The position numbers were made by a program, and so were the translations under genes. Below, one piece after another: positions 51,575-64,000 of a stretch of 64,000 bases of DNA. The notes under the pieces are model-generated. The model had not been told where the DNA came from, searched no databases, and saw only the letters and a list, made by a program, of their open reading frames with translations. The stretch covers positions 38,502,001-38,566,000 of the forward strand of contig NC_042997.1 in assembly GCF_006345805.1 (NCBI RefSeq). The letters run 5' to 3'. This DNA is from Octopus sinensis. Its lineage: Eukaryota. Numbering within the stretch: position 1 is the stretch's first letter; every line of letters starts with the position of its first letter.

Positions 51575-53672
51575 GCCATCCCCTACTCCCAGTTCCTCCG
51601 CCTCCGACGCTTGTGCAACCGGGACGAGGATTTTGAGACCCAGTCCCAGTGCCTTGCCCGCCTGTTCAGGCATCGAGCATACCCCTCAACCTTTGTCCAA
51701 AACGCCCTTGCCCGAGCTCGTCGAATCGCTCGCACCACCGCCCTTTCTCCTTACCCTCACCAGCCCCGTCCGCACCCCCTTTCCCCTCCTTTTCCACGCC
51801 TCCACTCTACCCCTTCGTCGGAAGATACTACGGGCCTTTCGTTGTCTCCAGCTCGATCCCACCACATGCCCCATTTTCCTCAACCCACCCTTGTCCTCCT
51901 TTAAACGCGCACGGAACCTACGTGATCTGATCCGTAACATCTTATCCTCTTCTCCTAACTTCACATGGATCATTCCCATGCTCTAGATACCGCTGCAACA
52001 CCTGCCCCTTCATCACCAACACTACTTCTCTCACTGGTTCTAATCAGCAAACTCTTCACATAACAAATTCCTTCTCTTGCTCTTCTAGCATCATATACTG
52101 TATTAGATGCAACCTCTGTGGTAAACTATATGTAGATCAGATAGGCTGCCGACTGGCTGACCGGTTCACCGAACATCTAAGGGATGTTCGTCTATGTTCG
52201 AACACTCCCGTCGCCCGTCACTTCCGCTTAGCCAACAATTACCCCTCTAACATCTCTGTCTTTGACCTCGCTCTACACTACGGATCCATACACTCACAAC
52301 TCCGCCTGGAACAGTGGTATATCTTTAATCTACGGACAACTATCCCCTACGAACTAAACACTATCCCCTCTTCCTATTGACTGCCTCTACACCTCCTGCA
52401 ACAAGCAACCTTATTTCATTTTCATCTTTCATTTTTACTTGTAATTGCGCCATATATATTGCATTAACTTCCTTATCTCCTTTCAACCTTAGTTTTTATA
52501 TTTTATTGTTTTTATAATTCTTTGTTTTTATTCTTTATATTTTATTGTTTTTATAAATTATTGTTTTTATTTCAATATACACGCACACATACACACACAT
52601 ACGTACATATCCATGAATGCACATATAACTCCCACACACACCACACGTATACAACACACATACATGCATATATACAAACACACATACATCCACACATACA
52701 CACACGCATACATACACACAAACATACACCCACGCACACACACATATGTGCGTACACACAAACATGCACATGCACACACAAAATACACACGCACATACTC
52801 ACACATGTACACACGCACATACACTCGCACGTTCCCAAGTGTATACACACACACGCAAATGCAAATTGACCCAAACATACCTCACATACACACACAGAAT
52901 ACACCCATACATACACTCACACAATTATACATACATGTACACACACATACGCACATACAAGCACATATACACAGACTAAAGTACACTTATTCCTCACACA
53001 CACACAACCCCTACGCATACACACATACACACACGAACACACACATACATATACATGCATACACACACTGCAAACAAAACACACACACTACATATACATA
53101 CACGCACACACACATACTTCAAACTACCAGTACCTACTACTGACCATTCTCGTACGCAAATGTGTAGGTAGACACACAACAGGCAGCCACTCCTGCCAAA
53201 ATTCTTACTATAAATTCTTCCTATCACCATAAACGATACTAAGCCCAACCACACACAGATAAACAGCCACAACCACACACACACACACAGATAAACAGCC
53301 ACAACCACACACACATACACACAGGCCTGCACGCACGCACATACCCACACATACACACATATATCTCCTTCTCTTGCACTCTCCTGTCTCTGAAAGAATT
53401 TTTTTCCTCACCCATTCCCTTCAGGTCATTTCAATATGTGACAACGTGTGTATCGTTGACGATTGTTTTTCTCTGGCTATTTTTTCCCTCTATCTGTAGC
53501 GTTTTTCTCCGTGTCCCCTTCTTTGGATCTTTCCTTTTTCTATGTTTCTGACGAAGAGCTCCGCTCGAAACGTTAAATCGTCCTTCTTTCTTTCATTTCC
53601 TGAGCGTCCAATAACGCTATACTTGTTCCATATCCTCGCGTTGTTGTGTTTTCTCTTTGTTCATGTTTGGAT

Positions 53673-53690
<18 letters not shown>
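51575..53690 (+). mobile_element. 5'-truncated Neptune-like PLE: RT thumb, Cys-rich linker, GIY-YIG, CA-rich 3' region, pLTR family A
   Basis: AIPYSQFLRLRRLC..PPLSSFKRARNLRDLI; an ATG-less open frame 51967-52380 reads GSFPCSRYRCNTC..CSSSIIYCIRCNLCGKLYVDQIGCRLADRFTEH..VARHF..RLEQWYIFNL..ELN; pLTR at 53470-53680. Confidence 0.9.
53544..53578 (+). ncRNA. Minimal type I hammerhead ribozyme (family A)
   Basis: GTTT-CTGACGA-A-GAGC-TCC-GCTC-GAAACGTT-AAAT; stem I GTTT/AAAT, stem II GAGC/GCTC, palindromic AACGTT. Confidence 0.75.
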
Positions 53691-53719
<29 letters not shown>

Positions 53720-54039
53720 GAACATACCCGGCATCCTCTCAGTTCGCCGGGTATGGTTTGCGTCTGCGCAGAGGTTTGAAAAGTTAAGATGTACAAACCG
53801 TTAGATCTACATGTGCTTCTAACAGTCTGTGCGTCTAGGATTACGAAGGCTTCCCACTGAAGAACCTGGCCTGGCAAATATATTCTGTGTGTTTGCTAAA
53901 AATAGGTAGAAACTGTTCGGTCTGGGATATAGCTGAGATGGTAAATGCTTTTAATTTTCATTCCTTTCATGAATTTATCCCTTTCTGTGTTTCTAGCACT
54001 ACGCTTCCTTATTTGGAAGCCTTTTATTATATATATATA

Positions 54040-54101
<62 letters not shown>

Positions 54102-54949
54102 ATACATATGTATACATCAACTATTAAGGTGGCTATTCGCAATTTACAACCGAAAGTCAACAAGTATAGTCGTCATTAAAGTAACGGAAGGTTAGTCAGC
54201 ACTAGCATTGTTAGAAATAAGGTGCAAAACAGTTCTTAGCCACGTGAGAGCACTTTTCTAACGACTGACACAGGATAAAAAAAAAAAAATATATATATAT
54301 ATAGGTTATGAGAGGTAATGGTGTCAGTGAGACCCAAAAGTGTCAGGTAATGCTGAATAAGTGTTGTGGATAAACCATAGTTGAGTTCCTGGTCGGTGAT
54401 TATACTAATAAGGGGTCCAACATAGGTCATATATCAGCGTATGTATATAATAAAAAAAAATTCCGTAATTAGATAAAAACCAATCTTACAGCCGGTTGTA
54501 GGATATGTATTATATCCCTTTATCGGAGACGGTGTGAGAAGATGGTTAAGCAATAGTTAGTTTATATACGATACAAATTAGAGAATGAGGTGGAGGAATG
54601 AAAACAGATGTGAGATATGCAGGGATATTGTATTTGTAGCTCCATTATTTAGGCAGAATGGTATACATATAAAATTCCAATACCTTATGTGTAAAATCTA
54701 ATAGTATTTTATATTGTCGTTCCAAGTATAGAATTTATACACAGTGTTATTGAATCAAGGGTTTTATTTAAAGAGACCTAAAAGTAGGGAATGTATTAGT
54801 AAGGTCAAATCGAAAACAGGAAGAGAGAAATAAAGAAAGAGAAAAAAAGAGAAAAGAATGAGAAGAAAATAAGAAGAAAAATAATAAAATAATAAAAAAA
54901 GAAGAAAGAACAGGAAGAAAGGAATGAAGTAAAGGGACCAGTTAGTGGT

Positions 54950-55300
54950 CAGTCACGATGATTTGAAAGTAGGAATGGGGAGATAAAGTTGATAGAGAGA
55001 GAAATGTATTAGGGTGTGAAAAGATAGAAGGAATGAGGGATGATAGAGAGAGAGGTTGTGCTGTGATCCCTTAGACTCTATCACTGCACAACTGGATGTC
55101 TGTTTAACAAGATCTATATCTGGAACGCAATGTGGCATTGATTATCAGATCATTGTAAGTAAAACTACTATATAGAATCAATAAAAACTCTCTGAATAAG
55201 CCTCCACCAGGAAGGCTAAAGGTGGAGAATCTTAAATCATAATTTCAAAACCTCTTTTCTAAAACCAGATCCGAAGGATTAAAGTAAATCTACTTCCATC
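54950..55300 (-). pseudogene. Possible heavily decayed LINE APE C-terminal relic
   Basis: PDIDLVKQTSSCAVIESKGSQHNL weakly resembles the IDL...GSDH end of APE domains. Confidence 0.25.
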
Positions 55301-56103
55301 TCGGCGAAAGGGAGCAGCTGAGCTTCTTTGATAGAGATGGTGTACACCACTGCAGCAGACATAAATTGGCCATTCAAGTAGATAGCAATAAGTCCAGTTT
55401 GATAAAAAAGCAAAGAAATCCAAGACTGTCCTCAGGTGAAGAAAAAGCTAATTAAAGATGTTAGCGTGACCTCAACTTACAAAATAAAAAAGAAAAACTG
55501 TTGCATTCAGGCAAAAGTGTTTTCCATTAAGAAACAAAGAGTCATGAAAAATAACTGACTTAGGGAAAGGGCTCGATAGACACAAATGTATGCTGACACA
55601 TGGATGATATTAGAAAACTTCACGCAGTTTATAAAAATGGAGGATGCGGTGTTGATGCACCACCCAAAGTTCCAAAGATGCAGTGGAAGTAATCTTTGAA
55701 CACTGTAAAGTTACCCTAAATTCATGAGAGGCTACTGCTCGTGTTTAATCTACTTAAGAGTAATACAGTACCTGGGTAAGCATGGCGTTCACGTTGTTGC
55801 AAATTTGTTGATCAGGGGGAAAAGGAAGCTCGTAGATCATACCCTAACAATCCTGGGTTAAGTGGAAACAAGTGTGGAATTATTGGTAAATACTTACGAC
55901 CAGAACAGTCCTTACCAGCAAAACCCATGATCATGTAATCTTCTGTCCATCTTTTTGTGCTTGCTAGGTCATCGTCAAATTTGAGGAATTAGCCATTGCA
56001 TACACAAACACACATGTACACATGTACATATATACATGCACACAGATACACTCACACCCACACATACACACATAAAGGTGCTTATATATATATATATATA
56101 TAT

Positions 56104-56723
56104 ATACAATAATATGTTACATTACTCGATAGTCAAGATAAAACTCTGAGTTTCAGATGCCGAAGTGGAAATCCACAGCACCATCTCTTCGGTTATCTGG
56201 CTATTTGAAAACGCTATGAAAAAAATACCGTTAAATAAAGGGAAATTACTGTGTTATAACTCTGCTTGCCTGCGTACTTATACATCGCTCGCATTTTTCG
56301 TCATAAAAATTATATAAAAATACATAAAAAATATATAAAAATATATAAAAATATATAAAATCTTCTTGGGACATAACATAGAAAGCATGTTCTATCTGTT
56401 TTCTTTGGGGAACCAAAAGCGTAACAGAAATTTAGTCACATGCTTTCTATGTTATGTCCCAAGAAGATTTTATATATTTTTATATATTTTTATATATTTT
56501 TTATGTATTTTTATATATTTTTATGACGAAAAATGCGAGCGATGTATAAGTACGCAGGCAAGCAGAGTTATAACACAGTAATTTCCCTTTATTTAACGGT
56601 ATTTTTTTCATAGCGTTTTCAAATAGCCAGATAACCGAAGAGATGGTGTTGTGGATTTCCACTTCGGCATCTGAAACTCAGAGTTTTGTCTTGACTACCG
56701 AGTAAAGTAACATATTATTGTAT
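56104..56723. repeat. Near-perfect ~290-bp-arm palindrome of a PLE 3' end (pLTR family C)
   Basis: Arms 56104-56392 and 56437-56723 differ at only a few positions; the ~45-bp spacer resembles the GIY-YIG ORF end; each arm has an HHR fold with a CCGAAGA core (for example 56630-56690). Confidence 0.9.
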
Positions 56724-56814
56724 AGATAAATTTCCTCTATTTACATAATATTGAGGTCTCTTTCTTTCTTTTGTTATCTTACCGTTTTATCAATATATAT
56801 ATATATATATATAT

Positions 56815-56859
<45 letters not shown>

Positions 56860-57039
56860 TATATATATATATATGCAGTGAGAGAGGGAGGATATATCTA
56901 GGTGTGAATTTGTGCGAATGTGGTGACCTCTTTCTAAGGCCACTAATATCGTTGTGACATAATTTGTCTTTTATATTTGTCCTTTCTTTCATTTAGCACT
57001 TAAAATTTAGGACCTCTTCCCTGAAACGGAGGTTCATCC

Positions 57040-57910
57040 CATTCTAAAATTGAGTCAATCTCAATTTAATTCACTATCTAACTTGCTTAACATACGATCT
57101 AAAATATATTTGCTAATAATACCTATTTCAGTTTTAGCTGGATTAATTTGTCTGCACTTGAGGTTCCTATTGAAATTAGCTTTGTGGTCTTTTAGAGTAA
57201 TAAAGGGCTGGCGTAGGGGGAAATATTCTATCCTATCGCTAACTTTAAGGTTGTTAGTAATTCTTCTTGCACCCAAATTCACCTCTTTATATAAATTTAT
57301 GTTGTTTTTTTTTATTGTAGGTGTCTGTAATGTTGTTCGAAAGTAGACGTTTATAAACATCTTTCTCAATCGCGTATAAGTTTTTTGTCTTATCGGAGTT
57401 TACGAAGAACTTATCCGAATTCTTTATGTCTCTAATTTTTACTTTCATATCCCTCTGTAGTTGGTTGTTGAATTTGTGGAATTTAATTTTTCCAATGAGC
57501 CCGTAAAGGTCTTTTTCAAAGGCTTCCAATTCCGAAATAGATGGTGGATTTTTGGAAGATTTAAGTCGGTATTTGCTTCCGTAAGCTTTGTATCAAAGAA
57601 GAAGGCTTTCCATCTCATTTTCCGAATAAACTCCTCCGTTTTTTCGATAAGACCCTTGAGGTATAGCTTCTGTGTTGGGATGGGTGTACTTTTTGGGTAA
57701 AGTTCCAATTCTTTCAGATGATTCTTCTTCCTACATGTCGCTCAAACTTTCTAAAAAAGGAACAGGCTACACAAGAGTAAGTACATAAATGCGAAACAAG
57801 GTGGAAAAAATAGTACTCGAATACCAGAGATTGAGTAATAGAGCAGCAAAAATATTTCAAAAACAGTTACTCAGAGTTTCACGTTCCCATTCGTCGGACA
57901 GTTTCGTTTA
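57040..57910 (-). mobile_element. PLE ORF N-terminal and early RT region (frameshifted) with an upstream pLTR-like piece
   Basis: PIPTQKLYLKGLIEKTEEFIRKMRWKAFFF..AFEKDLYGLIGKIKF..SDKTKNLY..FITLKDHKANF..CRQINPAKTEIGIISK; degenerate HHR CCGACGA..GAAACTCTGAGTA at 57864-57903. Confidence 0.85.
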
Positions 57911-58174
57911 GAATGGAACAAAAATAAGGCTATATGCAAACATATACAATTAGTTTAATGGATACACATCTGAAAAAGGTTTTGTTTCATTGGTCCTTTC
58001 AACTTACGGTCTTTACAATGACCGGTTGCATGAAGAAAACCTGAAATCAAAAGTAGCTCATAAAGAAGGAGAGAATCTGAATATCCAGGGTAAATAATTA
58101 TTTGTAAAATATTAATCAATTAATACATTAAAAGTTATAACCGTTTTAAAAGAATTCACGTTGGATTACATATA

Positions 58175-58900
58175 CATCTTTTTATTGCAAAGTGGAGGTT
58201 TATTTATCAGGTATTTAGTAGCTATGCCCAGTTCCTGCATAGCAAAGACATATCCTTCTAAATGAAATGTAATGTACTTATTCCAGGTCCAAGAAAGGTC
58301 ACTCTTCCTGCCAATGCTGTTGTTGCCCTCTAACTTACAGGATATGTACCCATGCATTGCTTTTGGTTGGTGTGATACCTGCTTCTCCTCCAAGGTTCTG
58401 CTTATATAGGCCAGTCCGGCCTCCTTTGGGTTGAATGAGACAGTTGTATTCAGAGAGTACCCACCAGTTGTTCTACTCCAACTATGAAGATATTACTTTC
58501 ACTTTTGATTATGCGTGGAATGTACTCATTTCTGTCTTTACTGTTCAGCTGGTATTGTCTAATACAATGCGACACTTAAAGGCTGTTTGGACTGACCTCA
58601 TGCTTCTACCGCCACCACTTATCTCACATAACTCCTATCAGTGTTGTTGTTAACGTAGAACTTGCCAATGGTAGTAAGTAACTTTCTAATGTTTATGTCT
58701 TCACTGCGTATCTCGTTGAGTTTCCAGTCCAATATTGCAAATGTTGATACTAGCACTGGCAATGCAAAAGCATTGTGACATATGGTTTTGTTAAGCGCAA
58801 GAAATTCTGAGTTCCATATTTTCCGGAGTCTACAGAAGTACGGTAGTCACAACACCAACGTATGCAAAATTCTCAGCGATTCCGAGGTACTTGTAACGTT
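58175..58900 (-). mobile_element. Second R4/Dong-type LINE fragment (post-RT region)
   Basis: KIWNSEFLALNKTICHNAFALPVLVSTFAILDW..IRKLLT; GGGRSMRSVQTAFKCRI; KAMHGY..LSWT..HLEGYVFAMQELGIATKYL. Confidence 0.8.
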
Positions 58901-59069
58901 CATCATTAAAGATAGGGGAGGTAAGAAGATAGGAAGCCATAGAGATAGGTAACTGTAGAAATAGAAAGCTGTTGATGTACATGTTCTTTGGTCGACAATA
59001 TTTCCTCGACTGACTAACATGTTATGTATGTATGTTTATGTATGTGATTATGTGTATGTATATATGTAT

Positions 59070-59106
59070 GCATCTATCTATCTATCTATCTATCTGTCTA
59101 TCTATA

Positions 59107-59197
<91 letters not shown>

Positions 59198-59882
59198 GTG
59201 TATGTGATTTTGTAAATGTGTGTACTGAAAGCGACCTGTTTCTCATCAATTTTTTTTCTCCTTTCCCAAGAAACCGATATCATTTTCATATAAACCGCCA
59301 ATTATATATTGCACCTCTCCGACAATCAGTCTTCTGATCTTATAAACTGAAATTTTGGACATTTTGATCAGTTCTAATTAATATTAAACTGGTTGGATAC
59401 ATCTAATTATTTATTTAAATCAAGCAATCTACACGCTACACACATTATCTGCAGATGTCAACAAGCTATTCTTTGCAATTTTTTCACTCTTCTTTGAGAG
59501 AAAATGCAATTTCAGGACGACAACCATTAATTTCCTATTCATTTCTCGTTGAACATCAGCTTTTATCAATTTAAATAGGAGCATATAATTGATTTCCTTA
59601 CAAAGCCAATATTAATATAACTGTCAAAAGTGCTTGTTCACGGATTTGTTTATTTCTTTATTCAATCAAATTCAAAATAAAATTTCAAGTATTATTCGAA
59701 TTTTGTTTTGATTTCTTTATGAATAACGTCATTTATATCAACATTTACATTTGAACATAATCCAAAGATTTCTAGTTTGGTTTTCAAATTCATTCCATAT
59801 CTAAATATTCAAAATGACATCGAGTGAAAATCTAAAACTATTTGCTTTATCTTTAAAGTCACTTTTGATATTGATCAATACG

Positions 59883-59927
<45 letters not shown>

Positions 59928-59976
59928 TAGATAGATATATATATATATATATATATAGATATATATATATATATAT

Positions 59977-60034
<58 letters not shown>

Positions 60035-60480
60035 GTGCGTATGTGTGTGTGTGTATGTCTGTCTGCTGTGTGTATGTATTATGTATGTATACTTCTAAGT
60101 AATATAATCTGAATGTTATTCTAATGTGAGTTTAAGTCACTCATTTCTTAAATACCTTATTTAAATACTTTCTCGAAGATTCAGTGAGTGACATGAGTTA
60201 TGTAGAGAAAAATGTGTGCTTGAGTGTGTGTGCGCGTGTTCGATGATGTTTACAACACTCGCTCTGCGATGTAGGTAGGAAGGTAGGCAGGGAGGCAAGT
60301 AGGTAGGTAGGTAGGTAGGTAGGTAGGTAGGTAGGTAGGTAGGTAGGTAGGTAAGTAGGTAGGTAGGTAGGTAGGTAAGTAGGTAGGTAGTTAGGTAAGT
60401 AGGTAGGTAGGTAGGTAAGTAGGTAGGTATGTAGGTAGGTAGGTAGGTAGGTAGGTAGGTAGGTAGGTAGGTAGGTAGGT
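59070..60480. repeat. (TCTA)n, (TA)n/(TAGA)n and (TAGG)n microsatellites
   Basis: Tracts at about 59070-59196, 59884-60033 and 60272-60480. Confidence 0.9.
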
Positions 60481-61398
60481 AGGCGAGCTGGCAGAAACGT
60501 TAGCACGCCGGGCGAAATGCTTAGCGGTATTTCGTCTGCGTTAAGTTGTGAGTTCAAATTCCGCCGAGGTCGACTTTGCCTTTCATCCTTTCGGGGTCGA
60601 TAAATTAAGTACCAGTTACGCACTAGGATAAATTAAGTACCAGTTACGCACTGGGGTCGATGTAATCGACTTAATACCTATGTCTGTCCTTGTTTGTCCC
60701 CTCTGTGTTTAGCCCCTTGTGGGTAATAAAGAAATAGGTAGGTAGGTAGGTAGGTCGATAGGTATGTACGTACATATGTACATATGTATTACGTAGACAT
60801 ATAGGTAGACAGGTTGGTTGATTGAAGTGTGAAGAAGAAAACAGACATTCCTATATAAGATGATAGATAGCTTGATGCAGAACGAATCAAAAGAGACTGA
60901 AAATGAAGAAAAAATATAAACAGTCAGAGAAAAGTAGGTGTCAGCTCAATAAATGGAAATGTAAGTGACGATGCATAAATTCAAATCTTATTGATCCACT
61001 TACGTGTTTTCTGTCTTGTCCAGGTCATTGCAGGCGGCCCAAAAGTCTTACAAAATGCAGAAAACCGGTATATGAGAATTTGTTTATCTTAAGAAGTATG
61101 CGCAACTACGTCGCAGACATCACGAATTAGCTTTTGAAAAGACTTCTACATATTGAAATGAGTAACCCTGCAACCAACTGACCAGCCTTCTGATCAGAGG
61201 GAATGTTGGCCTGCTCGCGTAGCTATGGGGGCGGGCATCATTAGAAAGGTAAAACGCTACAAGCGCATTGTAACCAGTGATGTATAACAATATTTTGATG
61301 TGTGTGTGCGTGTGTGTGTGTGTGCGTGCGTGTGTGTGCGTGCGTGTGTGTGCGTGTGTGTAAAAATTATGAACATGGCTTATCCAATACGTGATATA

Positions 61399-62698
61399 CG
61401 AGGTGGTATCAAAAAGGTTCCAGGACTCTCTTTACTCTTTTACTTGTTTCAGTCATTTGACTGCGGCCATGCTGGAGCACCGCCTTTCGTCGAGCAAATC
61501 GACCCCGGGACTTATTCTTTGTAAGCCCAGTACTTATTCTATCGGTCTCTTTTGCCGAACCGCTAAGTGACGGGGACGTAAACACACCAGCATCGGTTGT
61601 CAAGCAATGCTAGGGGGACAAACACAGACATACAAACACACACATACATATATATATACATATATACGACAGGCTTCTTTCAGTTTCCGTCTACCAAATC
61701 CACTCACAAGGCATTGGTCGGCCCGGGGCTATAGCAGAAGACACTTGCACAAGATGCCACGCAGTGGGACTGAACCCGGAACCATGTGGTTGGTTAGCAA
61801 GCTACTTACCACACAGCCAGTTATATTTAACAAAAAATAACTTATTTACCTAAATTTTTAACATGATCGCCTTCGAAATAGTCATCTTGCGCAGTGATAC
61901 ACCGGTCCCTGCGTTCCTACCTCATTTGGAATCCGGCCTGGAAGTCGTTTTCCGTAAACGAATCGAAGACCTTTTGCGATTCGTTCTGGATCTCGACAAC
62001 GGTGAAATAAGAGCTTCATTTTCCTATCGGGGAAGAGATGGAACTTCACGGGTGATAAATCTGGTGATTAAGGCGGATATGGAAGCGATACCATGTTGTT
62101 TTGGCCGACAGAACTCACGGGTGATGAGAGCTTAGTTACAAAGTGCATTGTCCTCATGAAGAATGTAATTCTTCGCGCTCCATAGATCCAGATGCTTTCG
62201 CTGAATATCCTTCCTCAAATGCTTTAAAAAGTCGTAGTAGAACTCTTGATTGACGTTCTGGCATTGCGAGTCGAATTCCCGATGCACAATACCATATTTC
62301 TGGAGATGGCGCTCGTCTTCCAGCTCCATCGGTCTTCCAGATCGATCGTCAATTTCCAAAGACGTTCTTCCGCTTTTGAAGCGCCTGTGCCACTCGAAAC
62401 ATGGTGTACGATCCATTGCCTCGTGTCCGAACTATGTTCAATAACTCTGTAGCAGTCTTCCCAATTTTAACGCAAAACTTCACGTTCGTTTTTGTTCCTG
62501 TCCATTACAAAATCGCAAACTACAACATACACGTGATCACAGAAGAACAAATTTCAGAACTTGTGAAGTAACCACAGCAATGTCACTCGGCACATTGCCT
62601 CCTGAAGGTCACTGTTATCTCACATTGCGCACCCAACCGTGTGCTGCCATCTGTTCGCGCGCTAAGAACTAGTCCGGGAACTTCTTGATACCACCTCA
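61399..62698 (-). mobile_element. Mariner (Tc1/mariner) element, internally deleted, with SINE A inserted just inside one TIR
   Basis: TA-flanked ~29-bp TIRs CGAGGTGGTATCAAAAAGGTTCCAGGACT (61399-61427) and AGTCCGGGAACTTCTTGATACCACCTCA (62671-62698); transposase pieces NVKFCVKIGKTATE, FEWHRRFKSGRTSLE.D.RSGRP, GIVHREF..VNQEFYY, ILHEDNA. Confidence 0.9.
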
Positions 62699-63529
62699 TA
62701 TTTCTGTAGTATGATAATTTCTTCATAATTTGTGTATTACATTTTTTTAAATATACCAGCCATTGCCTCATGCACTCGTTTGCTCATTTTAATTCTAATT
62801 GCAATGCCTGGTGAAATGGCTAGTGATTTGCATAATGTAACGCACGAACACTGAATAAATTACCATGCTTTTGAAATATATGTCGTATGTATTGTTCTGT
62901 CATTTTCTATTCATTTCCAACTGTCAATTTTCTTTATCACATGACATTATACGCAGCTAATGTTAAGACTGAGATCTTATATATAGTTGGATGATGTTAA
63001 TATGTTTCTGATTGAATAGTCCAAATCACAAAGATCTCTAGTTGATATGGATATTTGATAATTTTAACCATGGAAAGCACTTTACACAGCACAGTATATC
63101 TGTATAAAAGAAGGCGCGGGAGAACCGTTTTGTTATACACTATATGCCACGAAGAAGCGCGCATTGTGATAACGCGTGTTTCCTCACAAAAACAAAGAGC
63201 ACTTAAATATAATGAGTTTTTGCATCCGGTTTGCAAGATTCATCAAGGCGACGAGATAGCAGAAACGTTAGCGCGTCGGGCGAAATGCTTAACGGTATTT
63301 CGTCTGCCGCTACGTTCTGAGTTCAAATTCCGCCAAGGTCGACTTTGCCTTTCATCCTTTCGGGGTCGATAAATTAAGTACCAGTTACGCACTGGGGTCG
63401 ATGTAATCGGCTTAATCCATTTGTCTGTCCTCTCTGTGTTTAGCCCCTTGTGGGTAGTAAAGAAATAGGTTTGCAAGATTCTTTATGAGAATTCGTGTGT
63501 TGAAACAAATTTTGTGTCTCGGGACAGTC

Positions 63530-63582
63530 ATTATGCCAATATTACTAACACACGCACCGTGTTAGTGATATTGGTATAATGA
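63530..63582 (+). other. 53-nt hairpin with a 23-bp stem
   Basis: CATTATGCCAATATTACTAACAC-ACGCACC-GTGTTAGTGATATTGGTATAATG; both non-Watson-Crick positions are G.U on the plus strand. Confidence 0.8.
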
Positions 63583-64000
63583 GAGCGCATTCGTGACAAT
63601 CGTACTAAATAAGAGTATCTCGGAGTTGTTTGTAAAGCTTATGCCGTACACTCGTCAACTAGGCACGTAATGGATTTCTGTTGAACACAAACAAATTTGG
63701 GTTTTGCGGAAATCCTACCTACAAAGCCTTTCGGGATAAGAAAATATACTTACAAATGTATTGCCATTATTAAGAGTTAATAGGGCATGAGTAGTGATTC
63801 AGTTTTCAGAGTAGAAAACTTATATCTTCTGCTAGAGTCTAGAGATTGATTTCGGAAAAGAAATGAGAGCAATTTCCATAACGTGTGCATTTTATGAGTG
63901 TAATACTTGAGTTTACATGATAATCGTAGTCATGAGCATCGTTTCTTAATGATCGTCGTTAAACTCTGTGTGTATATATATATATATATATATAAAAGGG

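Overview
AT-rich, repeat-saturated animal genomic DNA with no supportable host-gene exon, rRNA or functional tRNA. The SINE families and dense (TA)n/(TACA)n/(TAA)n microsatellites suggest a coleoid cephalopod, probably Octopus (inference). The window is a mosaic of mobile elements: a near full-length CR1/L2-type LINE (3690-7184, minus), R4/Dong-type and RTE-type LINE fragments, at least three kinds of Penelope-like element (PLE) GIY-YIG or RT remnants, a Chapaev-like transposase, a mariner, Helitrons, a foldback MITE and several tRNA-derived SINE families. Most ORFs in the supplied track are microsatellite read-through. The most notable unexplained layer is RNA-level. Type I hammerhead ribozyme (HHR) folds recur in at least five repeat families with different helix sequences. 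They include (i) an ORF-less ~560-bp tandem array (887-3512) with one HHR per unit, the architecture of a non-LTR retrozyme or circRNA producer, and (ii) a two-copy tRNA-headed SINE with a PLE-type HHR tail and PLE-like 5' fold-backs, a candidate PLE-mobilised SINE. All folds and alignments were made by eye; none was computed or tested.
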